A stretch of DNA of 64,000 nt from Lysobacterales bacterium (GTDB lineage Bacteria > Pseudomonadota > Gammaproteobacteria > Xanthomonadales > SZUA-38), in contig JASJDM010000006.1 of the NCBI GenBank assembly GCA_030065125.1, forward strand, positions 1-64,000, written 5' to 3'. The position numbers and the translations under genes are program-made. Below are positions 20,395 to 30,427 of the stretch, piece after piece. The notes under the pieces were generated by a model that was not told the origin of the DNA, did not search any database, and saw only the letters and a program-made list of their open reading frames with translations. Numbering within the stretch: position 1 is the first letter of the stretch; each line of letters begins with the position of its first letter.

Positions 20395-21300
20395 ATGTCC
20401 TTTGTTCACCATGCCATCGCACGCGCACTGCCGTATGTGCCCAAGCGACTGGTGTGGCAGGTCTCGCGCCGCTACATCGCAGGCGAGCACATCAGGGACG
20501 CCTACCGGATCATCCAGGGCCTGAACCAGGCTGGCATCAAGGGAACTCTGGACGTACTGGGTGAAGACGTGACCACCCCGGAACAGGTGATGGGCTGCCG
20601 TGACCTGTATCTCGGCGCCATCCGCGACATCGCGTCCCAGGGCCTGCAGACCGGGGTCTCCATCAAGCTTTCAGAGCTTGGACTGCGATTTGACGAATCG
20701 CTGTGTCGGGAGGTCATGGAATCCCTGGTGGCCAGTGCGCAGACGAAAGGGGTTTTTGTCCGCATCGACATGGAAGACTCTTCGGTCACCCAGATCACTC
20801 TGGACATCTACCGGGACCTGCGCCAGCGTTACCAGCGTGTTGGGGCCGTCATCCAGGCCTGCCTGCACCGCAGCAGCAACGACGTCGCTGAACTGCTGCA
20901 GCAGGGCCTGGCCAATATTCGCCTGTGCAAGGGCATTTACCTGGAGCCAGCCAGCATTGCGTACACCGCGGCGGCCGACATCAACCAGTCCTACAATCGC
21001 CTGCTGGAGCAACTGGTGGAGGGCGACGCGGAGTATGTTGGCATTGCCACCCATCATCCGGACCTGGTGGGCTTTGCCTTTGACCTGATTGACCAGACCA
21101 ATCTGGCCAAGTCGCGCTACGAGTTCCAGATGCTGCTGGGCGTGGCCGAGTCGCTACGCGCCGAACTGGTGGCTCGCGGCCAACCCATGCGGGTGTACGT
21201 GCCGTTTGGTGAACACTGGTTCGCCTACTCGGCCCGGCGCCTGCGGGAAAACCCCCACCTGGCGGGCCACATCCTGCGCAACCTGTTTTCCCGCGGCTGA
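20395..21300 (+). CDS. monofunctional proline dehydrogenase (PutA PRODH-domain family)
   Basis: 301 aa with ProDH signature regions LDVLGED, IRLCKGIY, ATHHPD, EFQMLLGV, RVYVPFG and YSARRLREN. Begins 3 nt after the CBS gene. Confidence 0.8.
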   Translation: MSFVHHAIARALPYVPKRLVWQVSRRYIAGEHIRDAYRIIQGLNQAGIKGTLDVLGEDVTTPEQVMGCRDLYLGAIRDIASQGLQTGVSIKLSELGLRFDESLCREVMESLVASAQTKGVFVRIDMEDSSVTQITLDIYRDLRQRYQRVGAVIQACLHRSSNDVAELLQQGLANIRLCKGIYLEPASIAYTAAADINQSYNRLLEQLVEGDAEYVGIATHHPDLVGFAFDLIDQTNLAKSRYEFQMLLGVAESLRAELVARGQPMRVYVPFGEHWFAYSARRLRENPHLAGHILRNLFSRG

Positions 21301-21325
21301 CGGCGGGATTCGACCGTGAACCCGT

Positions 21326-21808
21326 TCAGTCGCGAAAGTTCTTGAACTGCAGCGGCAATCCCAGGTCCGCCTCTTTCAACAGGGCAATGGCCGACTGCAG
21401 ATCGTCGCGCTTCTTACCGGTCACACGCACCTGCTCCCCCTGCACCTGGGACTGGATTTTCAGCTTGCTTTCCTTCAGCCGCTTGACCATCTGCCTGGCC
21501 ATGGCGCTGTCGATGCCCTCGCGCACCGTCACCGGCTGGGTTGCGGTCTTGGCCATAATCGTGGGCTCACCCACGTCCAGCGCAGCCACGTCGATTCCGC
21601 GCTTGCTCAGTTTCTGGTAGAGGATGTCCAGCATCTGCTTGAGCTGGAAATCCGCCTGGGCATGCAGGGTGATGACCTGCTCAGTCAGGTCGAACCGGGC
21701 GCCGCTGCCCTTGAAGTCAAACCGGGTGGATACTTCTCGGTTGGCCTGGTCCACCGAGTTGGTCAGCTCGTGGTGATCGACCTCGGACACGACGTCGAAA
21801 GATGGCAT
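21326..21808 (-). CDS. yajQ: YajQ-family nucleotide (cyclic-di-GMP)-binding protein
   Basis: Conserved MPSFDVVSEVDHHELTNSVDQANREVSTRFDFKGS N-terminus of UPF0234/YajQ. 160 aa. Confidence 0.9.
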   Translation of the reverse strand: MPSFDVVSEVDHHELTNSVDQANREVSTRFDFKGSGARFDLTEQVITLHAQADFQLKQMLDILYQKLSKRGIDVAALDVGEPTIMAKTATQPVTVREGIDSAMARQMVKRLKESKLKIQSQVQGEQVRVTGKKRDDLQSAIALLKEADLGLPLQFKNFRD

Positions 21809-21877
21809 GGTGTGCTCTCCGGAAAAGCTCCAAGAATAACAGGCTTTGGTCCGGAACAGTGATGGAAGAAGTGGCGT

Positions 21878-22237
21878 TCAGTCCACGCCTTCTTCGGGAC
21901 TGGCTCCTCCTGGTTCTTTGTCGATTTCCCAGCTTTCGCGGTTATCGTGGTATTCGTCCACGGACTCATTCCAGTCCTTTCCGCTCATTTCCGCGCCGGT
22001 GTATCCCAGGTCGTCGAGTTCCGGATCATCCACCGGGCCCGAAGCATTTTCCGGTTCGGGGGCCAGTTCAATGTCCATGGTGGCCCATTCCTTGACATCG
22101 ACCTCTTCCAGGTCGCCGTCGAAGTGCTGGATTTCGATCAGGCCGTCGTTGTCGTCGATATCGATGACGCAAAAAGCCTGACCCTTGTCGAGGTGGGTGT
22201 ACCAGTTGCCGGGTATGGGATCGAGTTCGTTTCGCAT
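21878..22237 (-). CDS. highly acidic hypothetical protein (119 aa)
   Basis: About one third of residues are Asp or Glu. High GC3. Promoter-like TATAAT in the divergent upstream region. No recognisable family. Confidence 0.5.
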   Translation of the reverse strand: MRNELDPIPGNWYTHLDKGQAFCVIDIDDNDGLIEIQHFDGDLEEVDVKEWATMDIELAPEPENASGPVDDPELDDLGYTGAEMSGKDWNESVDEYHDNRESWEIDKEPGGASPEEGVD

Positions 22238-22313
22238 CTACGTCGGACCCCTCAGGTTTACAATTCATTATAATCCCGCTTCTGCGCCTGTCACGAGTAC
22301 GGATTGTTACTAG

Positions 22314-23528
22314 TTGAAACCTATTACATTTCTCGTATTGTGGTTACTTGCAGTGCCACCCGCCAAAGCTGCCGATCTGGTTGAGATCCCGCTGCCGGCA
22401 GGGGCAGGCAGTTCCCTGCCCCACCTTTCCAGCGCAGCCGGTGGCACCACCCTCCTGAGTTGGGTCGAGCGGTCCGACGCCGGCCATGCCCTGCGCGTAT
22501 CCACCCTGGCCGAAGACACCTGGTCGGCGCCTGTGACGGTTGCGGATGGCCAGGACTGGTTCGTCAACTGGGCCGACTTCCCATCCGTGGTTCCGTTGAC
22601 CGATCAATCGTGGGTCGCCCACTGGCTGGTTCGAAGCACGGACGCGCCCTACGCTTACGACGTGAAGTTTTCGGCATCAACGGACGGCGGCAGGACCTGG
22701 TCAAGGCCTGCCTCTCCGCACCACGACGGAACGCCCACGGAACACGGTTTTGCCACCATATTCCCACTGGATGCCGGTTTCGGCATGGTGTGGCTCGATG
22801 GCCGCGCCACAGGAGAATCATCCTCCGCTCACGATCATGCCAGCGGCGGCGCCATGACCCTTCGCTACGCCGAATTCGACGGCGCCGGCATCAGGCAGGA
22901 ACGACGGCTTGTCGACGATCGCGTGTGCGACTGCTGCCAGACCGACGTTGCCGTGTCCGGGAAGGTCCCGATGGTTTTTTACCGGGACCGGAGCGCCGGG
23001 GAAATCCGCGACGTGAGCGTCAGCCGCCTCGGCGAAAATGGCTGGTCGACACCCACTCCGGTCTACCGGGACGGTTGGAAAATAGCTGGCTGCCCGGTCA
23101 ACGGCCCAGCGGCAGCCTCGCTGCAGCATCGTGTAGCCGTTGCCTGGTACACGGCCTCCGATGACCGGCCCCGGGTCCAGCTTGGGCTGTCGGATGACGG
23201 CGGCGCCAGCTTTTCTCGGCCCGTGCTGATCGACGGCAACCGCCCCCTGGGACGCGTGGACGTGGACTTTCTTCCTGGCGGTGATGCACTGGTCAGCTGG
23301 CTGGCGGAGGATCGACAGGGCCAGTCCGCGCTCACACTGCGCCGCGTGTCGCCCGGTGGCGTTGCCGGCCCGGCCGTGGCGGTGGCCAGCACCAGCGCAA
23401 CGCGCCCCTCGGGTTTTCCACAACTGCTGGTGACCGGCGGCCGCGTCATCCTGGCCTGGACCGACCTCGCCGAGGGCAAGCACAGGGTACGCTCCGCCAC
23501 CCTGGCGGCAATGCCACCGCCAGGCTAA
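22314..23528 (+). CDS. secreted BNR/Asp-box repeat protein (sialidase-fold)
   Basis: Signal peptide MKPITFLVLWLLAVPPAKA. BNR motifs STDGGRTWSRP and SDDGGASFSRP. 404 aa, TTG start. Confidence 0.7.
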   Translation: MKPITFLVLWLLAVPPAKAADLVEIPLPAGAGSSLPHLSSAAGGTTLLSWVERSDAGHALRVSTLAEDTWSAPVTVADGQDWFVNWADFPSVVPLTDQSWVAHWLVRSTDAPYAYDVKFSASTDGGRTWSRPASPHHDGTPTEHGFATIFPLDAGFGMVWLDGRATGESSSAHDHASGGAMTLRYAEFDGAGIRQERRLVDDRVCDCCQTDVAVSGKVPMVFYRDRSAGEIRDVSVSRLGENGWSTPTPVYRDGWKIAGCPVNGPAAASLQHRVAVAWYTASDDRPRVQLGLSDDGGASFSRPVLIDGNRPLGRVDVDFLPGGDALVSWLAEDRQGQSALTLRRVSPGGVAGPAVAVASTSATRPSGFPQLLVTGGRVILAWTDLAEGKHRVRSATLAAMPPPG

Positions 23529-23591
23529 CGCGTTGGCACCAAACGCTGCACCGCGTAACATGCCGCCGACATCATAACGAGGAACCGGGAC

Positions 23592-23963
23592 ATGAGCGAC
23601 GACCCCATCAAGCAACTGGTGCAAACCTACTTCGAGTGCATGTATGAATCCGCCGCAGACAAGGCGCGGGCGGCCTTTCACCCGGACGCGAAAATCACCG
23701 GCTACCTGCCCGACGGGCTGAACCAGATGACGGTGGAGGAGTTCGCCGGGTTTGTAGCCAGCCATCAGCCGTCCCCGGCCGACAAAGGAGAACCCCGGCG
23801 GCTGGAGATCGTCTCCCGGGAGGTAGCCGGAAACACCGCTGCTGTCCGGGTTCGCTGCGATTACCTCGGCTTGACCTTCCTGGATACCCTGTCCCTGCTG
23901 AACGTGGACGGCCGCTGGACCATTTACAACAAGCTGTTCCACGTGGAAGGCGAGGCCGGCTGA
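23592..23963 (+). CDS. NTF2-like / SnoaL-like small protein
   Basis: 123 aa. LVQTYFECMYESAADKARAAFHPDAKITGY is typical of NTF2-like (DUF4440/SnoaL_2) folds. Confidence 0.6.
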   Translation: MSDDPIKQLVQTYFECMYESAADKARAAFHPDAKITGYLPDGLNQMTVEEFAGFVASHQPSPADKGEPRRLEIVSREVAGNTAAVRVRCDYLGLTFLDTLSLLNVDGRWTIYNKLFHVEGEAG

Positions 23964-24072
23964 TGCAGTCCTGGATCGTTCGACGACAGCCTCCATTTCC
24001 GTGGGTCAGCCAATCCGGGCCACAGGCTGCGGGCGAGTTTACAACACCCAGGTAATCACTAATCTTCGGACA

Positions 24073-27000
24073 TTAACGGGCGCTGATGCCAATCCGCTTC
24101 CACAACAGGAACACTGCGGGCAGCAGCACCAGGGCCAGCAGGGTCGCACTGATCATGCCGCCCACCATCGGCGCGGCAATGCGTCGCATCACCTCGGACC
24201 CTGTGCCCGATCCAAACATGATGGGGAGCAGTCCGGCGATAGTGGCAATGACCGTCATCAGGATCGGCCGCAGCCTCAGCAGTGCCCCTTCCACCACAGA
24301 CTCCTGCAGCAGCGCCTCGGTTAACACACCGTCAGCAGCCTGAACCCGTTCCTCCAGCGCCTGTTTGAGGTAAACCAGCATTACTACGCCGATCTCCACG
24401 GCAACACCGGCCAGGGCGATGAAGCCCACACCCACGGCGACGGAAAAGTTGTAATCCAGCAGGAACAGCAGCCAGATTCCGCCCACCAGAGCCATGGGCA
24501 GGGTTCCCAGGATGATCAGCACCTCACCCAGGCTGCGGAAATTGATGAACAACAGCATGATGATGCTGACGATGGTCATGGGCACCATTACCACCAGGCG
24601 CTTACCCGCGCGCTCCAGGTATTCGTACTGACCTGACCACCGGATCGAGTAGCCCGCGGGCAGATCCAGCCTCTGCCCCACCGCGGCCTGGGCATCACCC
24701 ACGTAAGTGCCGAGGTCCACGTCCGAATCGATGTCCACAAATACCCAGCCATTCGGGCGGGCATTTTCGCTCTTGATGACCGGGGCCCCGTCCTCGATCC
24801 GGATGTCCGCAACCTGGGACAGCGTGATCTCCTCGCCCGCCGGTGTAATCACCGGCAGGTTGCGGATGCGCTCCAGGGAATTGCGCACGTCGTGGGGATA
24901 GCGGACGTTAACCGGGTACCGCTCCAGGCCTTCGACCGTGGTGGTCACGTTCATGCCGCCAATGGCCGTTCGCACCACGTCCTGGACGGAATTGATATTG
25001 AGGCCAAAGCGGGAGGCTTCCATACGATTAACGTCGACGGTCAGGTAGCGACCGCCCGCCGAGCGCTCGGCGAATACCGAGGCGGTCCCAGGCACGTCTT
25101 TCAGTACTTTTTCGAGATCCACGCCAATGGACTCGATCACCGACAGGTCAGGGCCGGCAATCTTCAGGCCCACCGGAGTCTTGATCCCGGTGGCCAGCAT
25201 GTCGATGCGTGTCTTGATGGGCCATACCCAGGCATTGGTCAGCCCCGGGATCTTGACGCGCGCGTCCAGTTCGGACCGGATGTCATCCATGGACACTCCC
25301 GGGCGCCACTGCTCCCGGGGTTTCAGCCGGATCAGGGTTTCGATCATAGTCAGGGGCGCCGGGTCGGTGGCCGTCTCCGCCCGGCCGATTTTTCCAAAAA
25401 CGGTCTGCACTTCCGGCACGGTGCGGATCAGCTTGTCGGTCTGCTGCAGCAGTTCCTGGGCCTTGCCGATGGAAAGTCCGGGAAAGGTGGTGGGCATGTA
25501 CATCAGGTCACCCTCGTCCAGGTCCGGCATGAATTCGCTGCCGATCCGGCCCAGCGGCCAGAAACCCACCACGACCACCACCACAGCCGTGACGGTGACC
25601 AGGCCCGGACGCCGGGTCAGCAGGGCCACCACGGGCTGATAGAGCCAGGTGAAAAAGCGGCTGAGGGGATTGCGCGTTTCGCTCACCAGCCGTCCCCGAA
25701 CGAAATACCCCATCAAGACTGGCACCAGAGTGATCGACAGCCCGGCCGCGGCGGCCATGGCATAGGACTTGGTGAATGCCAGCGGTGAAAACAGCCGCCC
25801 TTCCTGAGCCTGCAGCGCGAATACCGGCAGGAAACTGACGGTAATGATGAGCAGCGAAAAGAATACCGGCGGGCCCACCCTGGCGGCGGCCCGGCTTACC
25901 GTTCGCCAGTGGTGCCGGGGGTCGTAGTCGTCCCGCTCCATCATCTTGTGCAGGGTTTCCACCATGACGATGGCCGCGTCCACCATGGTGCCGATGGCGA
26001 TGGCAATGCCCCCCAGAGACATGATGTTGGCGTTCAGGCCCTGGGCCTGCATCACCGCGAAGGCCGCCAGGATGCCCAGCGGCAGGCTGATAATGATGAC
26101 CAGCGACGACCGCAGGTGGATCAGGAACACGGCGCACACCAGGACCACGATGAGCATTTCTTCCAGCAGTTTTTCGGTCACCGTAGACACGGCGCGATCG
26201 ATCAGGCTGGAGCGGTCATAGGCCTCCACGATTTCCACGCCTTCGGGAAGGCCGCTGGCCAGTTGTTCCAGCTTCTGCTTGACCGCGGCAATGGTGTCCC
26301 GGGCGTTTTCGCCAGAGCGCATGACCACGATGCCACCAACAGCCTCGCCTTCCCCGTCCAGTTCCGCGATGCCGCGTCGCATCTGCGGGCCAACCCGAAC
26401 GGACGCAACATCACGCAGCAGCACCGGGGTGCCGTTTTTGCCCAGCCCCAGCGGTATCTGTTCCAGGTCCGCCACCGAATCCAGGTATCCCGTGGCCCTG
26501 ACCATGTACTCGGCCTCGCCCATTTCAACCACCGAGCCGCCGCTCTCCTGGTTGCCCTGCTGGATGGCCATGCGCACCCGGTCCAGCGGCAGGCCGTGGG
26601 CGCTGAGCGCTTCGGGCCTGAGCACTACCTGGTACTGCCGCACCATGCCGCCGACGGTGGCGATTTCAGCCACGCCGGGCACCGACTGCAGTTCGAATTT
26701 CAGAAACCAATCCTGCAATGAGCGCAGCTGGGCCAGGTCGTGTCGGCCGCTGCGATCCACCAGGGCATACTCGTAGATCCAGCCAACGCCGGTGGCATCG
26801 GGCCCCAGCATCGGCTGCACCCCGGGCGGCAGGCTCCCAGATACCTGGTTCAGGTATTCCAGAACCCGGGACCGCGCCCAGTAGAGGTCGGTGCCATCCT
26901 CGAAAATCACATAAACGTAGGAGTCACCGAAAAAGGAATAGGCCCGCACGGTCTGGGCGTAGGGCACCGACAGCATGGCGGTGGCCAGTGGATAGGTCAC

Positions 27001-27192
27001 CTGGTCCTCCACAACCCTGGGCGCCTGACCGGGATAGGAGGTCTTGACGATGACCTGGACGTCCGACAGGTCTGGAATGGCGTCGACCGGGGTCTGCATG
27101 TACGCATAGCTGCCCCAGCCGGCCAGCACAAGGCTCAGCAGGACGACCAGGAACCGGTTGTGAACCGACCAGCGAATGACGGATTCGATCAT
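24073..27192 (-). CDS. CusA/CzcA family heavy-metal efflux RND pump
   Basis: 1039 aa with 12 transmembrane segments and two large periplasmic loops. The N-terminus MIESVIRWSVHNRFLVVLLSLVLAGWG is characteristic of the HME-RND family. Last gene of a four-gene operon on the minus strand. Confidence 0.93.
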   Translation of the reverse strand: MIESVIRWSVHNRFLVVLLSLVLAGWGSYAYMQTPVDAIPDLSDVQVIVKTSYPGQAPRVVEDQVTYPLATAMLSVPYAQTVRAYSFFGDSYVYVIFEDGTDLYWARSRVLEYLNQVSGSLPPGVQPMLGPDATGVGWIYEYALVDRSGRHDLAQLRSLQDWFLKFELQSVPGVAEIATVGGMVRQYQVVLRPEALSAHGLPLDRVRMAIQQGNQESGGSVVEMGEAEYMVRATGYLDSVADLEQIPLGLGKNGTPVLLRDVASVRVGPQMRRGIAELDGEGEAVGGIVVMRSGENARDTIAAVKQKLEQLASGLPEGVEIVEAYDRSSLIDRAVSTVTEKLLEEMLIVVLVCAVFLIHLRSSLVIIISLPLGILAAFAVMQAQGLNANIMSLGGIAIAIGTMVDAAIVMVETLHKMMERDDYDPRHHWRTVSRAAARVGPPVFFSLLIITVSFLPVFALQAQEGRLFSPLAFTKSYAMAAAAGLSITLVPVLMGYFVRGRLVSETRNPLSRFFTWLYQPVVALLTRRPGLVTVTAVVVVVVGFWPLGRIGSEFMPDLDEGDLMYMPTTFPGLSIGKAQELLQQTDKLIRTVPEVQTVFGKIGRAETATDPAPLTMIETLIRLKPREQWRPGVSMDDIRSELDARVKIPGLTNAWVWPIKTRIDMLATGIKTPVGLKIAGPDLSVIESIGVDLEKVLKDVPGTASVFAERSAGGRYLTVDVNRMEASRFGLNINSVQDVVRTAIGGMNVTTTVEGLERYPVNVRYPHDVRNSLERIRNLPVITPAGEEITLSQVADIRIEDGAPVIKSENARPNGWVFVDIDSDVDLGTYVGDAQAAVGQRLDLPAGYSIRWSGQYEYLERAGKRLVVMVPMTIVSIIMLLFINFRSLGEVLIILGTLPMALVGGIWLLFLLDYNFSVAVGVGFIALAGVAVEIGVVMLVYLKQALEERVQAADGVLTEALLQESVVEGALLRLRPILMTVIATIAGLLPIMFGSGTGSEVMRRIAAPMVGGMISATLLALVLLPAVFLLWKRIGISAR

Positions 27193-28415
27193 GGCCTTTG
27201 CCCCAGCCGGCGGATCGCACCGGAAACACTGGCTTCGGAATCGATCAGGAACTGAGCCGACACCACGACCTCGGTGCCCTCGTCCAGGCCTTCACGGATT
27301 TCCACCCAGTCTCCGCTCTCGATCCCGGCCACCACTTCGTGCACCCGGAATCGGCCATCTCCCAGGGCCACCACCACCCGGTCCGCTCGGCCGCTGCGTA
27401 TCAGTGCCTCGCGCGGAATGCTGAGGACATCATTGCGGGCGCCGCCGAAGATGGTCACCCGGCTGAACATGTTTGGTCGGAGGCGACCGTCGGAATTGGG
27501 AACCTCGATGCGTACTGGCAGGGTGCGCGTCTTCGGGTCCAGGATGGGACTGACGAAGGCCACCTGCCCTTCGAAGACATCGCCCGGTATCGCACCGAAG
27601 CGGGCTTCCGCCGGCTGCCCCTGCCGGACCCAGTCAAGCCGGGATTCCGGCACCGCCGCGTGAATCCAGACCTGGGACAGGTCGGCCAGGCTGATGGCGT
27701 GGGTTTCCGGCATCACATGCATGCCCTCGAAAACATTCAGCGCAATCACCACCCCGTCCTGGGGCGCGATGACGGCCACGGTTTCCGACGGCGACCCACG
27801 TTGCGCAAGTGCCCGGATGTCGCTGCCAATCATTCCCAGGGCCCCAAGCTTCTCGACCGCCGCGTCGATCATCTCTTCGTCGCCGCGGCGCCTGGCCAGC
27901 AGGTATTCCTTCTGGGCGTTGACCAGTTCCGGTGAGTACAGCTCGAACAACAACTGTCCCCGGGTGACTGATTCTCCCAGGGTCTTGATCTGCAGCGACT
28001 GGATCCAGCCACGGATTCGGACGTGAACGTGGCCGACGCGGTTTTCGTCCGGACCCACGCTGCCCGTGGCATCAATCTTCCGCCACAGCCGGCCTTTCCC
28101 GGCTGGCGCCGTGCGAACGCCGATGTTCTGCTCCACCACCGGCGAGATTTCCACCGCGTCTGCACCCACTTCGTCGGCATATACCGGAACCAGGTCCATG
28201 CCCATGGGTGACTTGCCCGGCTCATCCCGGCGGTAGTTCGCATCCATGGGAGCAACCCAGTAGAGGATCTCACGTTCCGCGGGTTGCCCCGACGGCTCCT
28301 GGCCGTGTGGCCCCGCGCCCAGCAGCCCCAGGCGGGCTTCCAGCAGTACCCCCGCAACCAGTGCCACACCAATTCCGGCGATCACTGCGACGGTCTTCGA
28401 TGTCTCTGTACTCAC
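27189..28415 (-). CDS. efflux RND periplasmic adaptor (membrane-fusion protein), CusB/CzcB-like
   Basis: 408 aa. N-terminal transmembrane segment, biotinyl/lipoyl-like and beta-barrel MFP regions. 4-nt overlaps with both neighbours. Confidence 0.88.
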   Translation of the reverse strand: MSTETSKTVAVIAGIGVALVAGVLLEARLGLLGAGPHGQEPSGQPAEREILYWVAPMDANYRRDEPGKSPMGMDLVPVYADEVGADAVEISPVVEQNIGVRTAPAGKGRLWRKIDATGSVGPDENRVGHVHVRIRGWIQSLQIKTLGESVTRGQLLFELYSPELVNAQKEYLLARRRGDEEMIDAAVEKLGALGMIGSDIRALAQRGSPSETVAVIAPQDGVVIALNVFEGMHVMPETHAISLADLSQVWIHAAVPESRLDWVRQGQPAEARFGAIPGDVFEGQVAFVSPILDPKTRTLPVRIEVPNSDGRLRPNMFSRVTIFGGARNDVLSIPREALIRSGRADRVVVALGDGRFRVHEVVAGIESGDWVEIREGLDEGTEVVVSAQFLIDSEASVSGAIRRLGQRP

Positions 28416-29686
28416 GGCGTTTCTCCCTGCAGGTAGATGAGACGTGCCTGGGCCTTCAGCAGATCGGCCCGGACCCTGGCCTGTCCCAGGGCAATATCGA
28501 ACTCGGTGAGATGGGCGCGCATGAGCGCGGTGAAATCGCTGACGCCAGAGCGATAACCGCTCAGCGCTGCCTCGCTGTTGGCGGAAGCCTCGGGCAACAG
28601 GCGGTCCCGGTACAGTTTCAGTTGACGCTGAAGGCTCTCCAACGTGGCCCAGTCCCGCTCCACGGATCGCACCATCTGCCTGAGCACGTCCTGCCTGCCC
28701 GCGGCCACGGCTTCCACCTCGTGCAGCCGGGCCGCCAGTTCCCGGTCCTGCCGCTTCTCCCGAAACACCGGCAGGTCGACCAGCAGCATGGCGCTGAGGA
28801 AATCGGCCCGGGCACTGCCGTCGGGGTTCTGACCGGAGCGGTCTCCGTAGGTCAGATCCACGGTGAATCCTGGCTTGTACTGCTGGCGGGCCACGTCCAC
28901 ACCAAGCTCCGCCGCCTGCACCTGTCCGCTCAGGGCCTGGATGCCGGGATGATCGGGTAACCCAGCGTTAAGCTGCTCGGCGGGAACCGGCGCCGGTATC
29001 TGCGGCCACCCGTCGCCCGCTACGCGATAGGCCTCATCGCCAACCCAGATCGCCAGCCTGGCGTAGGCACGGTTCAGTGCCTCTTCGGACCGGCTGATGC
29101 GTTCCTCCACACGCGACCGCTCCAGTTCCGCCCGGTAGACGTCCTGCTGGAGGCCGCGACCGGCGGCGTAGCCATCCCGCGCCGCCTCGAACGCTTCCTG
29201 CAGGGTATCCCGCGAGCTTTCAAGAATGCCAAGAACGTGCTGCTGGTAAACCACGTCCAGGTAATCCTGGCGCACATCCCGCAGTACTTTCAGTCTGCGG
29301 TCGGACGCCTGATAGCCGACGGCATTGGACTGGGCCTCCAACTGGCTGGCCCGGATGGCCCGGGACCGTCCCGGAGGGATACGCTGGCGCAGACCCACCT
29401 GGAGCTGGGTCATCGGCTCCTGGTCCAGGTCAAAAGTATCCAGCGGCAATGCAGCCGTTCCCAGCTTCAATACCGGATCAGGCAGCTGTGCCGCGGCGAT
29501 GGAACGCTCATCCAGTGCGCTCGCCCGGGCGGCAAATTTCCGCACTCCAGGCTCATCGTCCAGCGCCAGCCGTTCAGCTTTATCCAGGCTTAGATCCTGG
29601 CCTGGAGCCGGACCTGTGAGCAACAGCCCGGCAAATATTGTCAGCAGCATCCAGGGCATGCCTGGACCCATTTCTGATGATCTCAT
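28412..29686 (-). CDS. TolC-family outer membrane factor (CusC/CzcC-like)
   Basis: 424 aa with a signal peptide and two OEP repeats with coiled coils. Confidence 0.85.
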   Translation of the reverse strand: MRSSEMGPGMPWMLLTIFAGLLLTGPAPGQDLSLDKAERLALDDEPGVRKFAARASALDERSIAAAQLPDPVLKLGTAALPLDTFDLDQEPMTQLQVGLRQRIPPGRSRAIRASQLEAQSNAVGYQASDRRLKVLRDVRQDYLDVVYQQHVLGILESSRDTLQEAFEAARDGYAAGRGLQQDVYRAELERSRVEERISRSEEALNRAYARLAIWVGDEAYRVAGDGWPQIPAPVPAEQLNAGLPDHPGIQALSGQVQAAELGVDVARQQYKPGFTVDLTYGDRSGQNPDGSARADFLSAMLLVDLPVFREKRQDRELAARLHEVEAVAAGRQDVLRQMVRSVERDWATLESLQRQLKLYRDRLLPEASANSEAALSGYRSGVSDFTALMRAHLTEFDIALGQARVRADLLKAQARLIYLQGETP

Positions 29687-29769
29687 GTGAGTTCTCCCGA
29701 TCCCGAGCGGATCAAACGGATACGCGGCCCCGCCGGCCGTGTGCCGTGGGGCCCTGGCTCAATCAGGTA

Positions 29770-30162
29770 TCAGGAGATGATTGGGGGTCTGAGCAGTGGG
29801 ATGTCGAATCCCGGCACCAGCGGTGCGCTGACTTCTGAGACCAGTACCGATGATGACACGCAGGAAAGTTCGGAGGGTGCGACCTCCAGGTAGAGCATCA
29901 CTGAACCCAGCGCCTGGCAGCCAGCCTGACAAACAGGGTTTTCACAGGAAGTATCACAGCAGTCCTTCGCGTCACCGGGGTGGTCAGCAGGCCCACCGTG
30001 ACCGGTGTGTCCGTGGTCCATTGCGCCATGACCGGCATGGTCGTGGCTGGTGGGCATCTCCACGGATTCCGGGCCCACGCCACAGGCGCACATCGCCCAC
30101 GCGGCAGCCACGGGTTGCAGCGCAAGTATCGCCGCCAGGCCAATGTAAGCCAGCCTTTTCAT
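29770..30162 (-). CDS. small secreted Cys/His-rich protein, candidate periplasmic metal-binding protein of the efflux operon
   Basis: Signal peptide MKRLAYIGLAAILALQPVAAAWA. The mature region is rich in His and Cys (HDHAGHGAMDHGHTGHGGPADHPGDAKDCCDTSCENPVCQAGCQ). First gene of the operon, 83 bp upstream of the outer-membrane factor. Confidence 0.6.
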   Translation of the reverse strand: MKRLAYIGLAAILALQPVAAAWAMCACGVGPESVEMPTSHDHAGHGAMDHGHTGHGGPADHPGDAKDCCDTSCENPVCQAGCQALGSVMLYLEVAPSELSCVSSSVLVSEVSAPLVPGFDIPLLRPPIIS

Positions 30163-30241
30163 CCGACAATATTAGTTCAGGTGCAAGTGCGCCGCAACAG
30201 ATGCCACGCAACAAAACTATAAAAAACAACGAACTACCATT

Positions 30242-30256
30242 ATGACTGAATGTCAT
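30242..30256. promoter_or_regulatory. cop/cus-box-like palindrome ATGAC-N5-GTCAT upstream of the metal-efflux operon
   Basis: Perfect inverted repeat about 80 bp upstream of the 29770..30162 gene start. It resembles CusR/CopR operator half-sites (ATGACA ... TGTCAT). Confidence 0.35.
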
Positions 30257-30427
30257 CAGTGCAGGCTTGCTCGCCTCTGCCCCAGCGTCCCCATGCGGCC
30301 GCCCTGGGGTTCTGATCTCCGTCACCGGCCAGCCGCGTGCAGACAAGCTGCTATAGTCCTGGTTCGGTCAGGGGCTGATGGCTAATTACTCAATCCATGG
30401 GCGCTGTTCTCACAATGCGATCCTCCG

